Below are positions 32,326 through 48,600 of a stretch of DNA of 64,000 nucleotides, piece after piece (positions within the stretch are counted from its first letter, which is position 1; each line of letters opens with the position of its first letter). The stretch comes from Eledone cirrhosa (Eukaryota). The notes under the pieces are model-generated. The model made no database searches, had not been told where the DNA came from, and saw only the letters and a list, made by a program, of their open reading frames with translations. Both the position numbers and the translations under genes were made by a program. The stretch spans positions 45,322,001-45,386,000 of the forward strand of contig OZ024750.1 of NCBI GenBank assembly GCA_964016885.1, written 5' to 3'.

Positions 32326-33051
32326 CTTTCACATATATTGTATATATATATTGTATATAGAGAGAAAGAGAGAGACGAAAAAGAGGGAGAAAGAAAGAGA
32401 GACTGTTGCACCCTTATATATATATATACACATTTAATTTCTCATACAACCACACATACGCATGTACCTTCCTTCATTTTTACTCAATTCGTGAATTCTC
32501 TCCCCTGCCTTTCTTGACATGAAGTGAGTTCAGTATATGAAATATCTTTTGTACTTTGCGATAGTTATGCCAATCAAAAACATCACTGTCTTATTAATTA
32601 ATTGCTTCTACTTTTGGCACAAGGCCAGCAATTTACCAGTGCATTACTGGTACTTTATTTCATCGACCCCGTGAGGATGAAAGGCGCTTTCACATATATT
32701 GTATATATATTGTATATAGAGAGAAAGAGAGATACGAAAAAGAGGGAGAAAGAAAGAGAGACTGTTGCACCCTTACATATATATATATATACACATTTAA
32801 TTTCTCATACAACCACAGACACGCATGTACCTTCCTTTATTTTTACTCAATTCGTGAATTCTCTCCCCTGCCTTTCTTTGCATGAAATTAGTTGTGTATA
32901 TGAAATATCTTTTGTACTTTGCGATAGTCATTCTGCCAATCAAAAACATCACTGTCTTATTAATTAATTGCTTCTACTTTTGGCACAAGGCCAGCAATTT
33001 ACCAGTGCATTACTGGTACTTTATTTCATCGACCCCGTGAGGATGAAAGGC
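32323..33051. repeat. Tandem duplication of about 360 bp
   Basis: 32323-32685 is repeated at 32684-33051, including the SINE 3' half. Confidence 0.9.
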
Positions 33052-33155
33052 AAAGTTAACCTCGGCGGGATTTGAACTCAGAATGGCAAGGGACGTAACT
33101 CTATGCGTCAAAGTATGGCGTCTGACCCTCTACTGATACTGCCAATCCACCGCCC
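32964..33155 (-). mobile_element. SINE (Meta-like core), full length
   Basis: Full family match. Confidence 0.9.
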
Positions 33156-33909
33156 TCCGCTGACTTATTAATTAATCCCATGTAATCCGTGTGTTAAACG
33201 TCTAATTAAGGTGGACAGTTTGTCAGAGTCTAACTTACTGAGTTCGAAGTTTATTTCCTGTCGAGAAAACTGTTGCCTTTCTTACTATAAGGGACAATAA
33301 AGAAAACATATGCTGGTGCAATCCTCTGTCCTTTCTCATGTTACGTTGATGCTCCCGTGGATCAAGAAAGACAGGGTTGAGAGAGGTCTGTGTCTGCTTG
33401 CAATTGTATGTGCACCTGAAACATTTAGCAAAGCCATGGTACATAAAACGACATCTTGTGATTGCAAGTGACAGTTGTTACATTTAGTGTTGTTTATTAA
33501 TCAAACCATTAATTTTCCGGCAACGTTCTTTCATCACTGACTGTGACCTCATCGATGACTAAGAGATATTTACTTATCTGCATTTATCGATGTTGTATAC
33601 GTTCATGAAACCGCGTTAAAAAGAGACACACTACAGGATCTCTTGACCTCCTAACAACAGCAGTCAAACCCATCGCCTTTCTCAAAACAACAATTATTAT
33701 GAAAGGTTTTGAAATAATATGTAATATTCACGTTCTTGATTTCAACTTCTTCAATATTAAATCTCACGTGTTATAATTACAAGCCTCGTTCTGTCATGGC
33801 TGACTATGGGTTACAATAGGGACAAAGTTCAAGTATTTTATCTCCTGTTGTCCTTGCAGACATATCTTCCTTCATCAGTCACTATTTTTATGTAAGGGAT
33901 ATGGAAATG

Positions 33910-34038
33910 AGACCATTTATGTCACGGGCAATCCGGAAGACCCATGTGATCCAGGACAGTGCACAATGCACCACATGGTCTGGAATTGGAAGTCAGGACC
34001 ATATGATCTCTAGCCCAAGACCCTAACCACTAGACTGT
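33910..34038 (-). mobile_element. Old tRNA-derived SINE fragment
   Basis: CAGTCTAGTGGTTAGGG A-box-like start, degenerate B box. Confidence 0.45.
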
Positions 34039-34679
34039 GTGCATTCAAACAACGGCCATCAAAATAATTACAAAACCTTACACTTATCGCTCGATACACA
34101 CAAAATCACTCTATATATGTCACACTCTCTCATACGCTCTCACAAGCACACAAACACACACACCCAGATACACACAGAAACATACACCAACACAAAAACA
34201 TGTAAAAGACTAACACACGCATTTACACAAACAAACACACACTTCCTCTCTCAACCATTCTCTCTTGCTCACAACCTTCCTCTCCATAAACACATGTAGA
34301 CTAAGAACCACATTCACACCACCACATGTACGCAACCATGTTTACATACACAATCATAGTCTCATGTTATCAAATAACTAACACAGCGTGAACTACAGAC
34401 TTATTACTCTATACCCATCACTCTATTACTTTCCGGAAGTCATGTTTTCCGATTTCCTTCTTTTTCGACACCAACAGCCAAACATGTAACCTTTCCTTGC
34501 CATTGCTGTTGTTGATATTGTTCATGTTGTTGATATAGTTGTTGTTTTTTATATTGTTGTTGTTGGTATTGTTGTTGTTACTGTTGTTGTTCTTGTTGAT
34601 GTTGTATTGTTGTTCTAACTGCTGCTTTTTTTTTGTACCAGCTTTTGTTGTTATTGAAAATGGCGGCGGTGTAATGGTA

Positions 34680-35070
34680 GTGGATTGGCAGTATCGGTAG
34701 AGGGTCGAACGCCATGCTTTGCAGCAAAGCGTTACGGCCCTTTTTGCTCTGAGTTCAAATCCCGCCGAGGTTAACTTTGCCTTTCATCCTTACGGGGTCG
34801 ATAAAATAAATTACCAGTCACACACTGCGGTCGATTTAATCGACTTTACCCTCCCCCAAAATTGCTGAACTTGTGACTATATAAGAAACCATGTGGATTG
34901 GCAGTATCAGTAGAGAGTCGGACGCCATGCTTTCCAGCATAGTTACGTCCCTTTACGGTCTGAGTTCAAATCCCGCCGAGGTTAACTTTGCCTTTCATCC
35001 GTACGGGGTCGATAAAATAAAGTACCAGTAATGTATTGGGTTATTGCTGGCCTTGTGCCAAAAGTAGAAA
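34680..35070 (+). mobile_element. Two tandem SINEs (long variant 34680-34890, short variant 34893-35070)
   Basis: Two consecutive family matches. Confidence 0.9.
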
Positions 35071-35074
35071 TATT

Positions 35075-35260
35075 TATCATTATTATTACTTTTATTGCAT
35101 ATCATTACTGCTTTACCGAGCACAGCTCTGTGAGCACTGGGTATGTGCAGTGTAGTTTTTGGTGATGTTTCTATTGATAGTACGTTTACTAATATGTGTG
35201 CAGTGCCTATTAGGGCTATCTTTTGTATACTGTATATATTTATAAGTCCTTGGGTTTGGG
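35075..35260 (-). mobile_element. Extreme 3' end of an R4/Dong-type LINE
   Basis: SIQKIALIGTAHILVNVLSI followed by AATAAA and an (AAT)-like tail. Confidence 0.7.
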
Positions 35261-35262
35261 TT

Positions 35263-35374
<112 letters not shown>

Positions 35375-35919
35375 GTGATAGACGTTTAACGTTAGTAACC
35401 GCTGATTACCCCGTATGAGAACCGAGAACAGTTTGAATTTTGCATTACAAACATTGCAAAGATTCGGTAGATTATTTTTGGTTTTGTCTGGTTTAAGGAT
35501 ATATAAAAACCATTTTAAACCAGTGCACGACTTACATATCTTGTTACAAATGATGACAATGCTGAGCTGGACTTAAGTCTTTGTAATTTCGTCCAACGGT
35601 ATGAATATGTGTTATCAGTTCTGAACTGAAGCCAGCCCTGAAATATAAGTTATATCACACGTTGATCAGCAGCAGGAGGCATCACTGTGGTTAGTGAAGC
35701 ATAAACTTTTTTTGTAGTTCTCATTTCATTTTTTCATTTGTTTTCGTCAACATTCTTTAACCCGGGACAACTTCTTTTTCACCATTTATTTCTATTAAGC
35801 TTGGATTGTAGTTAGTTATTGCTAGCTTTTAGGGACACTCTTTACGGTTTCCAGCATATACTTGACGCTAAATAAAAGCTTGCTTCAGGATACTTCACAC
35901 CGAGTTCTAAGCACGGAAG

Positions 35920-36096
35920 GGAAACCTATTGATAACGTGAGTTCGCGTTCGCTCTTCAAACGCATATTGCGCAAGTTGGATTGTTGATATAGTTTCACAG
36001 AAACCACTCGAGGATGTTATATGATATCCTTCTATACGATCCAGGTTTGTTATCTAACCTGATTTTATTTTCGTTGTTGTGGTGGCTTGTGTGGCT
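35920..36096 (+). repeat. Unclassified interspersed repeat, copy 2 (homologous to 3364-3550 minus)
   Basis: Same colinear conserved blocks as copy 1. Confidence 0.7.
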
Positions 36097-36270
36097 TTGT
36101 CCCCTTAACTAGAATTTTGAATTTGTCACGCCATTTACTGTATGTTTATTACTCTAAGTTGTAACTTATCGATTTATCGATATCTTCTTATTGAGTGCTA
36201 GATGTAAAGCTTGCGAATATTGTTTTCTTTCGTGGATACTGGCCGAGCGACGCAACTTCGATTTTACTCA

Positions 36271-36338
<68 letters not shown>

Positions 36339-36360
36339 CATGTGTGCAACTTTGTGTGCG

Positions 36361-36450
<90 letters not shown>

Positions 36451-36470
36451 TGTGTGCAACTTTGTGTGCG

Positions 36471-36547
<77 letters not shown>

Positions 36548-36598
36548 GTGTGTGTATATGTGTGTGTGTGTGTATGAATATATATGTGTGTGTGTGTG

Positions 36599-36707
36599 TC
36601 AAATTTAATATAGAAATGGCTTATACAGGTCTCGAATTGTTTCATTCGAAAGAAGTCATCATGAAAGTGTTGTAGGCCTTTAGAAGCCATTTCTATATTA
36701 AATCTGA
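36599..36707 (-). other. Inverted repeat enclosing a degenerate hammerhead of the 3063 type
   Basis: Arms TCAaATTTAATATAGAAATGGCTT / AAGCCATTTCTATATTAAATcTGA; minus strand aTGATGA c TTC tttc GAA t GAAA CAa ttcgagac CTG TA. Confidence 0.55.
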
Positions 36708-36980
36708 TGTTTACACTCTACTAATATATCGAGTACCTTACTTAATGCGGTTACTCCTAATTGAAAGCGGATCTCACATATCTATATATATATACATATA
36801 CATAAAAACACACACACGCACACACACACCCACACACACACACACACGCACCACCCCCCACACACACATATCTATATATATCACTCTCTCTATACATATA
36901 CATAAACACACACACACGCACACGCACACACACACACGCACACGCACACACACAAACACACACACTCACAGACACACACA

Positions 36981-37770
<790 letters not shown>

Positions 37771-37907
37771 TACCCACTCTACTGCCCTAAGTATTGAGTA
37801 CTTTGGTTCATTATGGTCCACCTGGTTCCTTACCACATTTCCTTCGTTAGAAATATATATATATATATATATATATATATGGAAGGTATAGAAAGAATTG
37901 TAGGAAA

Positions 37908-37996
<89 letters not shown>

Positions 37997-38159
37997 AGTG
38001 GTTGTGTATTTGCTAGATAACTTAGGCTTAAAAATGAATGAGAGTAAGAAGAAAGCAAGATCGGGGGGGGGTCCTTGTCACTTGCCTCCTGGGGGTCTCG
38101 GATATTTCAACGCTTTAAAGACAATATATCTACCCCCAGGGCGTTCAATAACCGGGTAA

Positions 38160-39157
<998 letters not shown>

Positions 39158-39574
39158 GAAGAAAACACCACATGTCAAAGCAATTAATTATTAGTATTAT
39201 CATCGTCATTAAATTTCGTTTTCCTCTTTACACCCACACACCCACACCCACACACACTCACACACACACACACGCACGCACACACACATACACATACCCC
39301 CCCCCCCCGCACACACATATATATTTATATATATATATATAATGTAAATTATAGAAAATAACTGCTATATCTGCCGGATATACAAAGTAAAGTTAGTTTG
39401 TCTATTTATTCTCATTTATTCTCCTAGAAATTAACATCAAACGCTGTTGGGTAAAATAACGAAGTTCTTTCCAATTGACTTCCGGTTTTACTTTCACACG
39501 TATTGTCACGTTACTTCTTCACCCTGCCTCTCTTTCTCTCATTCTTTCTGTCTCTTTCTCCCTCTCTCTTCCCC

Positions 39575-39648
<74 letters not shown>

Positions 39649-39834
39649 ACTAATATCACTCTCTCTCTCTTATTTTCTCTCTCTCCCCACCACCCCCTCT
39701 CTCTTCATGTCAGTTAATTACTTCCTTCTCTCTACAGCTCTCCCATTCTCTCATCAGTTGTTCTTTCTCTCATATTCAACATTTGCCTATCTTTTCCCTG
39801 ATGTTATTTTAGGCATTATTTTTGGTATTATTAT

Positions 39835-40292
39835 TAGAAAGTACCAGTAATACACTGGCTAGTTGCTGGCCTTGTGCCTAAAGTAGAAACAATTATTAGT
39901 ACCAGTAAAGGGCGGTGAATTGGCAGTATCCGTAGAGGGTTGGATGCTTTCTAGCATAGTTACGTCCCTTTAGAGTTCAAATCCCGCCGAGGTTGACTCT
40001 GCCTTTCATCCTTACGGGTCGATAAAATAAAGTACCAGTAATACACTGGGTTATTGCTGGCCTTGTGCCAAAAGTAGAAACAATTATTATTACCAGTAAT
40101 GGTCGGTTGATTGGCAGTATCTGTAGAGAGTCGGACGCCATGCTCTGTAGCATAGAGTTACGGCCCTTTATGGTCTGAGTTCAAATGCCGCTGAGGTTAA
40201 CTTTGCCTTTCATCCTTACGGGGGTCGATAAAATAAAGTACCAGTAATACACTGGGTGATTGCTGGCCTTGTGCCTAAAGTAGAAACAATTA
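39835..40292 (+). mobile_element. SINE cluster: tail fragment plus two copies (39910-40086, 40101-40292)
   Basis: Head-to-tail family matches. Confidence 0.88.
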
Positions 40293-40304
40293 TTTTTATT
40301 GTCA

Positions 40305-41475
40305 ACATCATCATCAATCATCACCACCACCACTACCACCACCACCACCATTACCACCACTACCACCACCACCGCCACCACCACCATCATCATCACTATC
40401 ATCACCATCACCACCACCATTACCACCACCACCACCGCTACCACCACCACCGCCACCACCACCATCATCATCACTATCATCACCACCACCACCACCACCA
40501 TTACCGCCACCACCACTACCACCACCACCACAGCCGCCACCACCACCACCACCACCACCACTACCACCACCACCACCGCCGCCGCCACCACCACCACCAC
40601 CACCACCACCACCACCACCACCACCACCACCACTACTACCACCACCACCACCACAGCCGCCAACACCACCACCACCACCACCACTACACACACACACACA
40701 TATGCATACACGCACACACACTTACATACACAGACACACTCACACACATTCACAAACGCATAAACACACCCACACAACACACACACACATACACACACAC
40801 ACACACACACTCACACACATACATACACACAGACATATACACCACACACACATATATACACACACACCCACTCACATACACACGTACATATATATACACA
40901 CACTGACACACACTGACACACACACACCAACATACACACACACTGACACACACACCAACCTACATGCACACACACTGACACACACTCCAACATACACACA
41001 CACAATGACACACACACACACTGACACACACAGACTGACACACACACCAACCTACATGCACACACACTGACACACACTCCAACATACACACACACACTGA
41101 CACACACACACCAACATACACACACACACTGACTCACACACACCACACTGACAGACACACACTAACATACACACACACACTGACTCACACACCAACCTAC
41201 ACGCACACACACACTCCAACATACACACACACACTGACACACACACCAACATACACACACACACTGACACACACACCAACCTACACGCACACACTCCAAC
41301 ATACACACACACACACTGACACACACTCCAAAATACACACACTGACACACACACCAACATACACACACACACTCCTCCAGTTAGTTTATCGTCAATTTTC
41401 TTCTATTTTAAACTAATTAAATCTTTATATCATTATCCCCTCTTTCCATTAGACTTCATTTATCGTCATTTTCTC

Positions 41476-41511
<36 letters not shown>

Positions 41512-41768
41512 CTCTCTCTCTCTTTCTCTCTCTTTCTCTTTCTCCTTCTCTCTTTCTCTTGTTCTATCTCTCTCTTGCTCTCTCTTGTTCTTTCTCTCTC
41601 TGTTGCTCTCCCTCTTTTTCTCCCTCACTCTCTCTCTTTCTAATTTCTCTCTTTCACTCTATCTATGTTGCTCTCTCTCTCTCTCTCTCCCTCTCTCTCT
41701 CTCTCCCTCTCGCTCTCTCTCTATCTATCTATCTATCTATGTCCATAACTAACCAGCTACCCACGTGC

Positions 41769-41805
<37 letters not shown>

Positions 41806-41832
41806 CATAAATCTATATATCTATCAATCGAA

Positions 41833-41891
<59 letters not shown>

Positions 41892-42190
41892 TATGTATAT
41901 ATAAAACTCTCTCACCTCACTGGATCTCTTACACTATCTACCTCTGTCATAGTCTTCCCTTCACTATCTCTCCCCTTTATTCCACCCCTAGTCCACCCAG
42001 CTTTCTCTTTCACCACCTTCACCCCCCCCCTCCTCTGTCCGTCTCTCTTACTAGCGATTCCCTTCTATATCCGTCATAAATCATCTCACAATTTACAGTG
42101 AAAGCACACGTCTTTATATACCTACTTACCAATATTTCCACTTGCCTACCTACCTACTTTCCCATCCAGGTGACAACCCATTCTTATACA

Positions 42191-42240
<50 letters not shown>

Positions 42241-42267
42241 TGTGTGTTTATATATATATATATGTGT

Positions 42268-42359
<92 letters not shown>

Positions 42360-42429
42360 CTATATATATATGTGTGTATATATATATATATATAATATGT
42401 ATATATATATATGTGTGTGTGTCTATATG

Positions 42430-42460
<31 letters not shown>

Positions 42461-42667
42461 GTGTGTGTCTATATATATATGTATATATATATATATACAC
42501 ACACACATACAAATGTATATACATATGTTTGTATATGTATATAAATATATATGTGTTTGTATATATGTATATCTATATATATATATCTTTGTATATGTAT
42601 ATATATATATGTTTGTATATGTATATATATATGTTTGTATACGTAGATATATGTTTGTATATGTAAA

Positions 42668-42730
<63 letters not shown>

Positions 42731-42918
42731 ATATATATATATGAGTGTTTGCGTGTCTGTCTGTATACGTATGTGCATACCTAAATAAATACAGATTCCA
42801 TACATATATGTTGACACACGCGCACACAGATTTATACAGATATTGTTTACAATTACATACACACTTCCACTCATGCATACGTGTACGGATATCTAAATGT
42901 ATAAACATACATATAAAT

Positions 42919-42978
<60 letters not shown>

Positions 42979-43000
42979 CTACATACCAAAAGATACAAAT
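40305..43000. repeat. (CAC/CAT)n, CA-rich minisatellite, (TC)n and (TA)n/(TG)n tracts
   Basis: Directly visible. Confidence 0.9.
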
Positions 43001-43607
43001 ATATTCTCTTATATCCATACGTACACATATCCACTTATGTACACGTTCATATACACATATCCCAGATACAATTATATACATAACTACATCCCTATTTATC
43101 TAACAACTTAACGTATCTTCCTATCTTGCTGCCAGCATTGCCCACCCACCCACCCCAACCAGCATGCCTCTCTAACCGTCTCACACTTCGGCTTCTATAT
43201 CCACTTTCCTCTTTCCATAATAAACAGAAGAAACGCTAAATCTTAATGTTTGTCAAAATTAACTTAACGAGAACGGTTTGAAAATGTAATTGATGCAGGG
43301 AAAAGCGTTAGAGAAAATGACAATGGCGCAAATACGTTGTGCAAAGAAATCTTTCCTAATTAAAGTCTTGAAGGAAAAATTATTTTACAAGCCAATAACT
43401 GCAGGATAAATGATTCCAAACTTGTAAATAGATAGCGTTCAATCTACTCAATTATCATTAAAATTTCATTGCTATTTACAATTATTATTGTCTCTTCATC
43501 TTTTTATGTTTCAATAATTTTCTAATGTTTTATCCTCATTTCACTGCATATTGGTTTTAATTTTTCATTGTTAGATATACAAGCAAAACACAACTCAATA
43601 TGTATAC

Positions 43608-43670
<63 letters not shown>

Positions 43671-43688
43671 CATGTATATATGTATATA

Positions 43689-43743
<55 letters not shown>

Positions 43744-43800
43744 ATGTATGTATATATATATATATAAGTGTGTATGTTTGTATATATATATATACATTTA

Positions 43801-43847
<47 letters not shown>

Positions 43848-44023
43848 TGACATTAATATATATATATATACATACGTATATATACATACATACAAACACA
43901 CACACACACATATATATATAATTACAAAGGAATAATACAAAGAAGTAATATTATTTATTTTTCGTGTTATTGTTTTATATAAGTTGGTTATTTTATTCTT
44001 ATCTGATGAAAGCATCTGGTGCA

Positions 44024-44092
<69 letters not shown>

Positions 44093-44694
44093 AATGATGA
44101 TGACTATTATGGTAATGAAGTTGCTGACAGGGAGATGTGGAATGACGGAGACTATACTGCTGATGAAGATGTTAAAACTTATGAGAATAATTAACATGAG
44201 GATGGTAATAGCGTTGGCGGTGATGGTGGTGATGGCGGCGGTGGTGGTGTTAATGGCGAAGATGATGGTGATGGTGATGACGATGTTTATGGTGAGGATA
44301 ATAGTGATGACGGTGATGATGATGGTGATGATGATGATGATGACGTTGCTGATGGTGATGATGATTCGGTTGTTGATGATGGTGGTGATGATGGTAATGA
44401 TGATGATGTTGATGATGGTGATGATGATGATGACGATGATGATGATGATAATGATGATGATGATGATGGTGATGTTGCTGATGGTGATGGTGGTGATGAT
44501 GATGATGATAATAATAACAATGACGGAGATGATGTTGCTGCTGATGATGATGATGATGGTAATGATGATGATGGTGGTGATGATGGTGATGATGATGCGG
44601 TCGTTGATGATGGTGGCGATGATGATGAAGTTGATGATAATAATAGTGGTGACGGAGATGATGATGGTGATGATGATGATGGTGTTGTTGATGG

Positions 44695-44726
<32 letters not shown>

Positions 44727-44853
44727 TTGATGATGGTGGTGATAGCGATGACGTTGATGGGGATTATGATGATTATGATGGTGAAGTCGACGACTGTGAG
44801 ATGTGGAATGATGGAGACTATACTGCTGATGAAGATGTTGAACCTTATGAGAA
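44024..44853. repeat. (GAT)n-rich tract with two diverged copies of a roughly 88-bp unit
   Basis: GAGATGTGGAATGAyGGAGACTATACTGCTGATGAAGATGTTrAAmCTTATGAGAA near 44133 and 44798. Confidence 0.85.
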
Positions 44854-45592
44854 GAAGTGGTATGAACCAGAGTCGTTGATAGAAAACGATCAGGTGAAGG
44901 TCCTGTGAGATTTTAGGATACAGACGGACAAGAAACTGGAACACAATAGGCCTGACCTGGTGGTTGTGGACGAAGGCTTTCGATTGATCTAAATTGATCA
45001 GTGCCCCACCGAAGCCAGGTTTACACACTACCCTCTCTATGATGTATCGCATGAGGTGGAGATTGTCGTGTATGGACCTGGCTGGGATTGCGCAAGCTTG
45101 CGCCTCCCCAACCAAATCCTCGACGGTGATAGAAAACGATCAGGTGAAGGTCCTGTGAGATTTTAGGATACAGACTGACAAGAAACAGGAATACAATAGA
45201 CCTGACCTGGTGGTTGTGGACAAGGAAAAAAGATCGTGCCTGATTGTAGATGTAGCCTGCCCATTTGTCATGAGAGTGCAAGAAAAGGAGAGGGAGAAAA
45301 TTAAGCGATACCAGGATTTAAAGTGGGAGGTAAAAAGGATTTGGGACTGCCATGAAATCAAGGTCGTCCCGATAGTCATAGGCGCACTAGGTACTATCTC
45401 AAAGAGTTTCCAAGGATGTTTAAAGAAGATTAGTCCAGCCCCGATTTTTGGAACACTTCAAAAGGCATGCTTGCTGGGAACAGCAAGAACTCTCCGATAC
45501 GTCCTGAATAATTGAGGCTGCAGGTACTGGCTTGATATTCATTTCAACAAACTTTCCAGTTAAATAACATCAATGACTGAGACTCAAAGAAC

Positions 45593-45632
<40 letters not shown>
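44853..45632 (+). mobile_element. Rearranged 3' fragment of R4/Dong-type LINE with an internal Tx1-derived patch (44971-45125)
   Basis: RPDLVVVDK..IVDVACP..RYQDLK..IGALG..LQKACLLGTARTLR, 3' UTR and (AAT)n; patch matches 50882-51036. Confidence 0.88.
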
Positions 45633-45635
<3 letters not shown>

Positions 45636-48600
45636 GAACTGTTATGCAATAGAACTGTTATGCAATGCTACCTGAAAAGTAACCCCAAGGAGAGGGGCTA
45701 CAGGAGACGGATGCATAACATCTGGAACGAGATTGGTTTATTTAAATTAGATGAACAAAAATTGGCCGGGCAGGCTCGGGTAATAAGAACTAATGGGTGG
45801 ATAAGCGAGCTGGAACTGGAGGAACTGAGCAGAGAGAATGGCTTGGAGATGGTGGGTGTAGTATGCCAGACAAGCGAGCCAGTGGGAAATGAAGGTGAAG
45901 AGGTCCTGAGAACGGAGGAACCACCCGAAGCAGACAATGATCTGAATACTGAGATAAATAATACCTGGAACAGAGATACGGCCACTGAGGAGATGAATGC
46001 TGACGGGCTAGGACAAGATTCGGTTGACATCCTAAATTTAGTGGTAGATGAATTGAACAATGATAGTGGGAGACCTATGAACCTAAGATTTGTAGACAGG
46101 AAAAAGTTAAATGAAACAACAGCTAAGGTAAACAAAGTCATCCCATACCTTGAGGCGAGGAGCCTTCACCAGTGCAACAATATCCTCAAAGCAACAGCAA
46201 ATACGGTGAGGAAACTACTTGGTATAAAAGCGAGAGGAAACAACAGACAAGAAAGAGCAGAGCCGTGGTGGAAGAAGCGACTGAGTGGGCAAATCGGGGA
46301 AATGAGAAATGACATAGGAAAGCTTGAGTCACTACTGAATGGGACACTAAAAAACATAGGCACTAAAAATAGACTGGAAATAAAATACAAAACTAGGAGT
46401 AAAAAGCTAAATATTATCATAGAGGAATTGAAGCAACGCATTGTAGCAAAGAGTGCAAAAATCAGGCGATACGAGAACAGAGTCAGTCAGTATAAACAGA
46501 ACCGCATGTTCGACAACAACCAGAAGATGCTGTTTGGACAGCTTGAGGGGAAAGAAAGAGGCAACGACTTGATCCCTGGGGCGGAACAAACTAAAACATT
46601 CTGGAGAGGAATATGGGAGCAGGATGTTAGACACAATGCCCAGGCGGGGTGGATTGAGACAGTACAGAGGGAGATCGGTGAGCACAACAACAAACTGATT
46701 TGAGTATCACAGTTGAAACTCTTAAGGGGCAGGCCAAAAAACTAACCAACTGGAAATCACCAGGCCCAGATGGTGTGCAGGGGTATTGGATTAAACATTT
46801 AACATCCCTCCACCCGAAGCTGACGGCCATGTTCAATGACTGCTTGGTGTCGGGTGAGGTGCCAGAGTGGTTGACAAAAGGTACCACAGTTCTGATAATG
46901 AAAGACCGAATCAAGGGTAATGATGTTACCAACTATAGACCTATCACATGTCTGTCCGTAATGTGGAAACTGTTGACGAGCATTGTGTCTGAGGAAATCT
47001 ACCATCACCTCCACACAAACAACTTGTTACCGGACGAACAGAAAGGATGCCGAAAGAAGTCACGTGGTGCAAAGGACCAGTTGCTTATTGATAAGATGGT
47101 AATGGGGAATTGCAGGAGGAGACTCACTGATCTTGCCATGGGATGGATAGACTACAGAAAGGCATTTGACATGGTGCCTCATTCCTGGATCACCAAAAGC
47201 CTGGAGATCTTCAGGGTGGCAGATAACATCAGACAGTTGATGGGCAGGAGTATGGGGTCCTGGGAGACAGAGTTGACATCAACTGGAGTATCCTTGGGAA
47301 GCGTGAAGATCAAGAGAGGTATCTTCCAGGGAGATAGCCTGTCCCCTCTGTTGTTTGTCCTTGCCCTGATGCCCTTGACCATTATGCTGCGAAAAGTGAG
47401 AGCAGGATACAAGTTGGGAAGGGGAGAGCTTACCATCAATCACCTCCTCTTCATGGACGATCTTAAGCTCTTCGGGAAAAGTGAGAAGGAGTTGGATGTG
47501 CTTGTTGACACTGTCCGTATTTTCAGCAGTGATATATGTATGCAGTTTGGTATTGGTAAATGTGGAGTCATTGTGATGAAGAGGGGTAGGTTGAGCAGAA
47601 GTAACGGGATCCAGATACCAACAGGTGAGATGATAAAAGAAATTGACTCTGAGGAAGGATACAAGTATTTGGGCGTTCTGGAGGCTGATGGCATAAAGAA
47701 CAAAAAAATGAAGGAATTGTTAAGAACTGAATACATTCGGAGAGTAAGGAGCGTATTGAAGTCACATCTGAACAGCAGAAATGCCATAAGCGCAGTAAAT
47801 TCCCGAGCTGTGTCTATTATTAGGTACAGTGCGGGAATTCTGAGATGGAATGTTGCTGAACAAAAAGAAATGGATAGGAAGACTAGGAAGCTATTGACTA
47901 TCTACAACATGTTCCACAAGAGGAGTGATGTCGATAGACTCTACCTAAGGATATCTGAGGGTGGAAGAGGTCTTATCAGCATAGAGGACTGTGTTCAGAT
48001 GGAGAAAAACAACCTATACAAATACGTGACCTATAGTAAGGAGCCAATGCTCAGAACTGTACTGAAGGAGGGGACAGTAGGCCAGGGGATGTCCAAGGAG
48101 GAAATAACATCAAGGAGGAAGAGCAGCCTTAAGGGAAAATCCCTTCATAGTACCTTCTTTGAGAAAACTGAATTTAGAGATCCACAGACATGGAACTGGT
48201 TGAGAAGAGGAGACCTCAAAAAGGCTACAGAAGGAATGCTAATGGCTGCGCAGGAGCAGGCCCTCAAAACGAAGTGGTTGAAGCACCATATCTACAAGGA
48301 GGAGGCTAGCCCACTGTGCAGGATATGTGGAGAGAGAGAGGAGACTGTGGCTCACATTGTGTCCGAGTGTAAACACCTAGCCCAGACCCACTATAAGGGC
48401 TGGAGACACGATGTGATGGGCAGGGTGATCCACTGGCACGTGTGCAAAGTAAACAATTTACCACATCCTGAGAAATGGTATGAGCATAGGCCAGAGGCGG
48501 TGATGGAGAACAATCAGGTGAAGGTGCTGTGGGATTTTAGGATACAGACTGACAAAAAACTGGAACACAATAGACCTGACCTGGTGGTTGTGGACAAAGA

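Noticed and set aside
43988-45115. 375-aa minus-strand ORF starting with RT-like sequence
   Set aside because: Chance fusion of the Tx1 patch, antisense Dong sequence and (ATC)n
45150-45165. In-frame TGA in the Dong fragments as recoding
   Set aside because: Replaces Trp (TGG in the long copy) in truncated dead fragments; ordinary nonsense mutation
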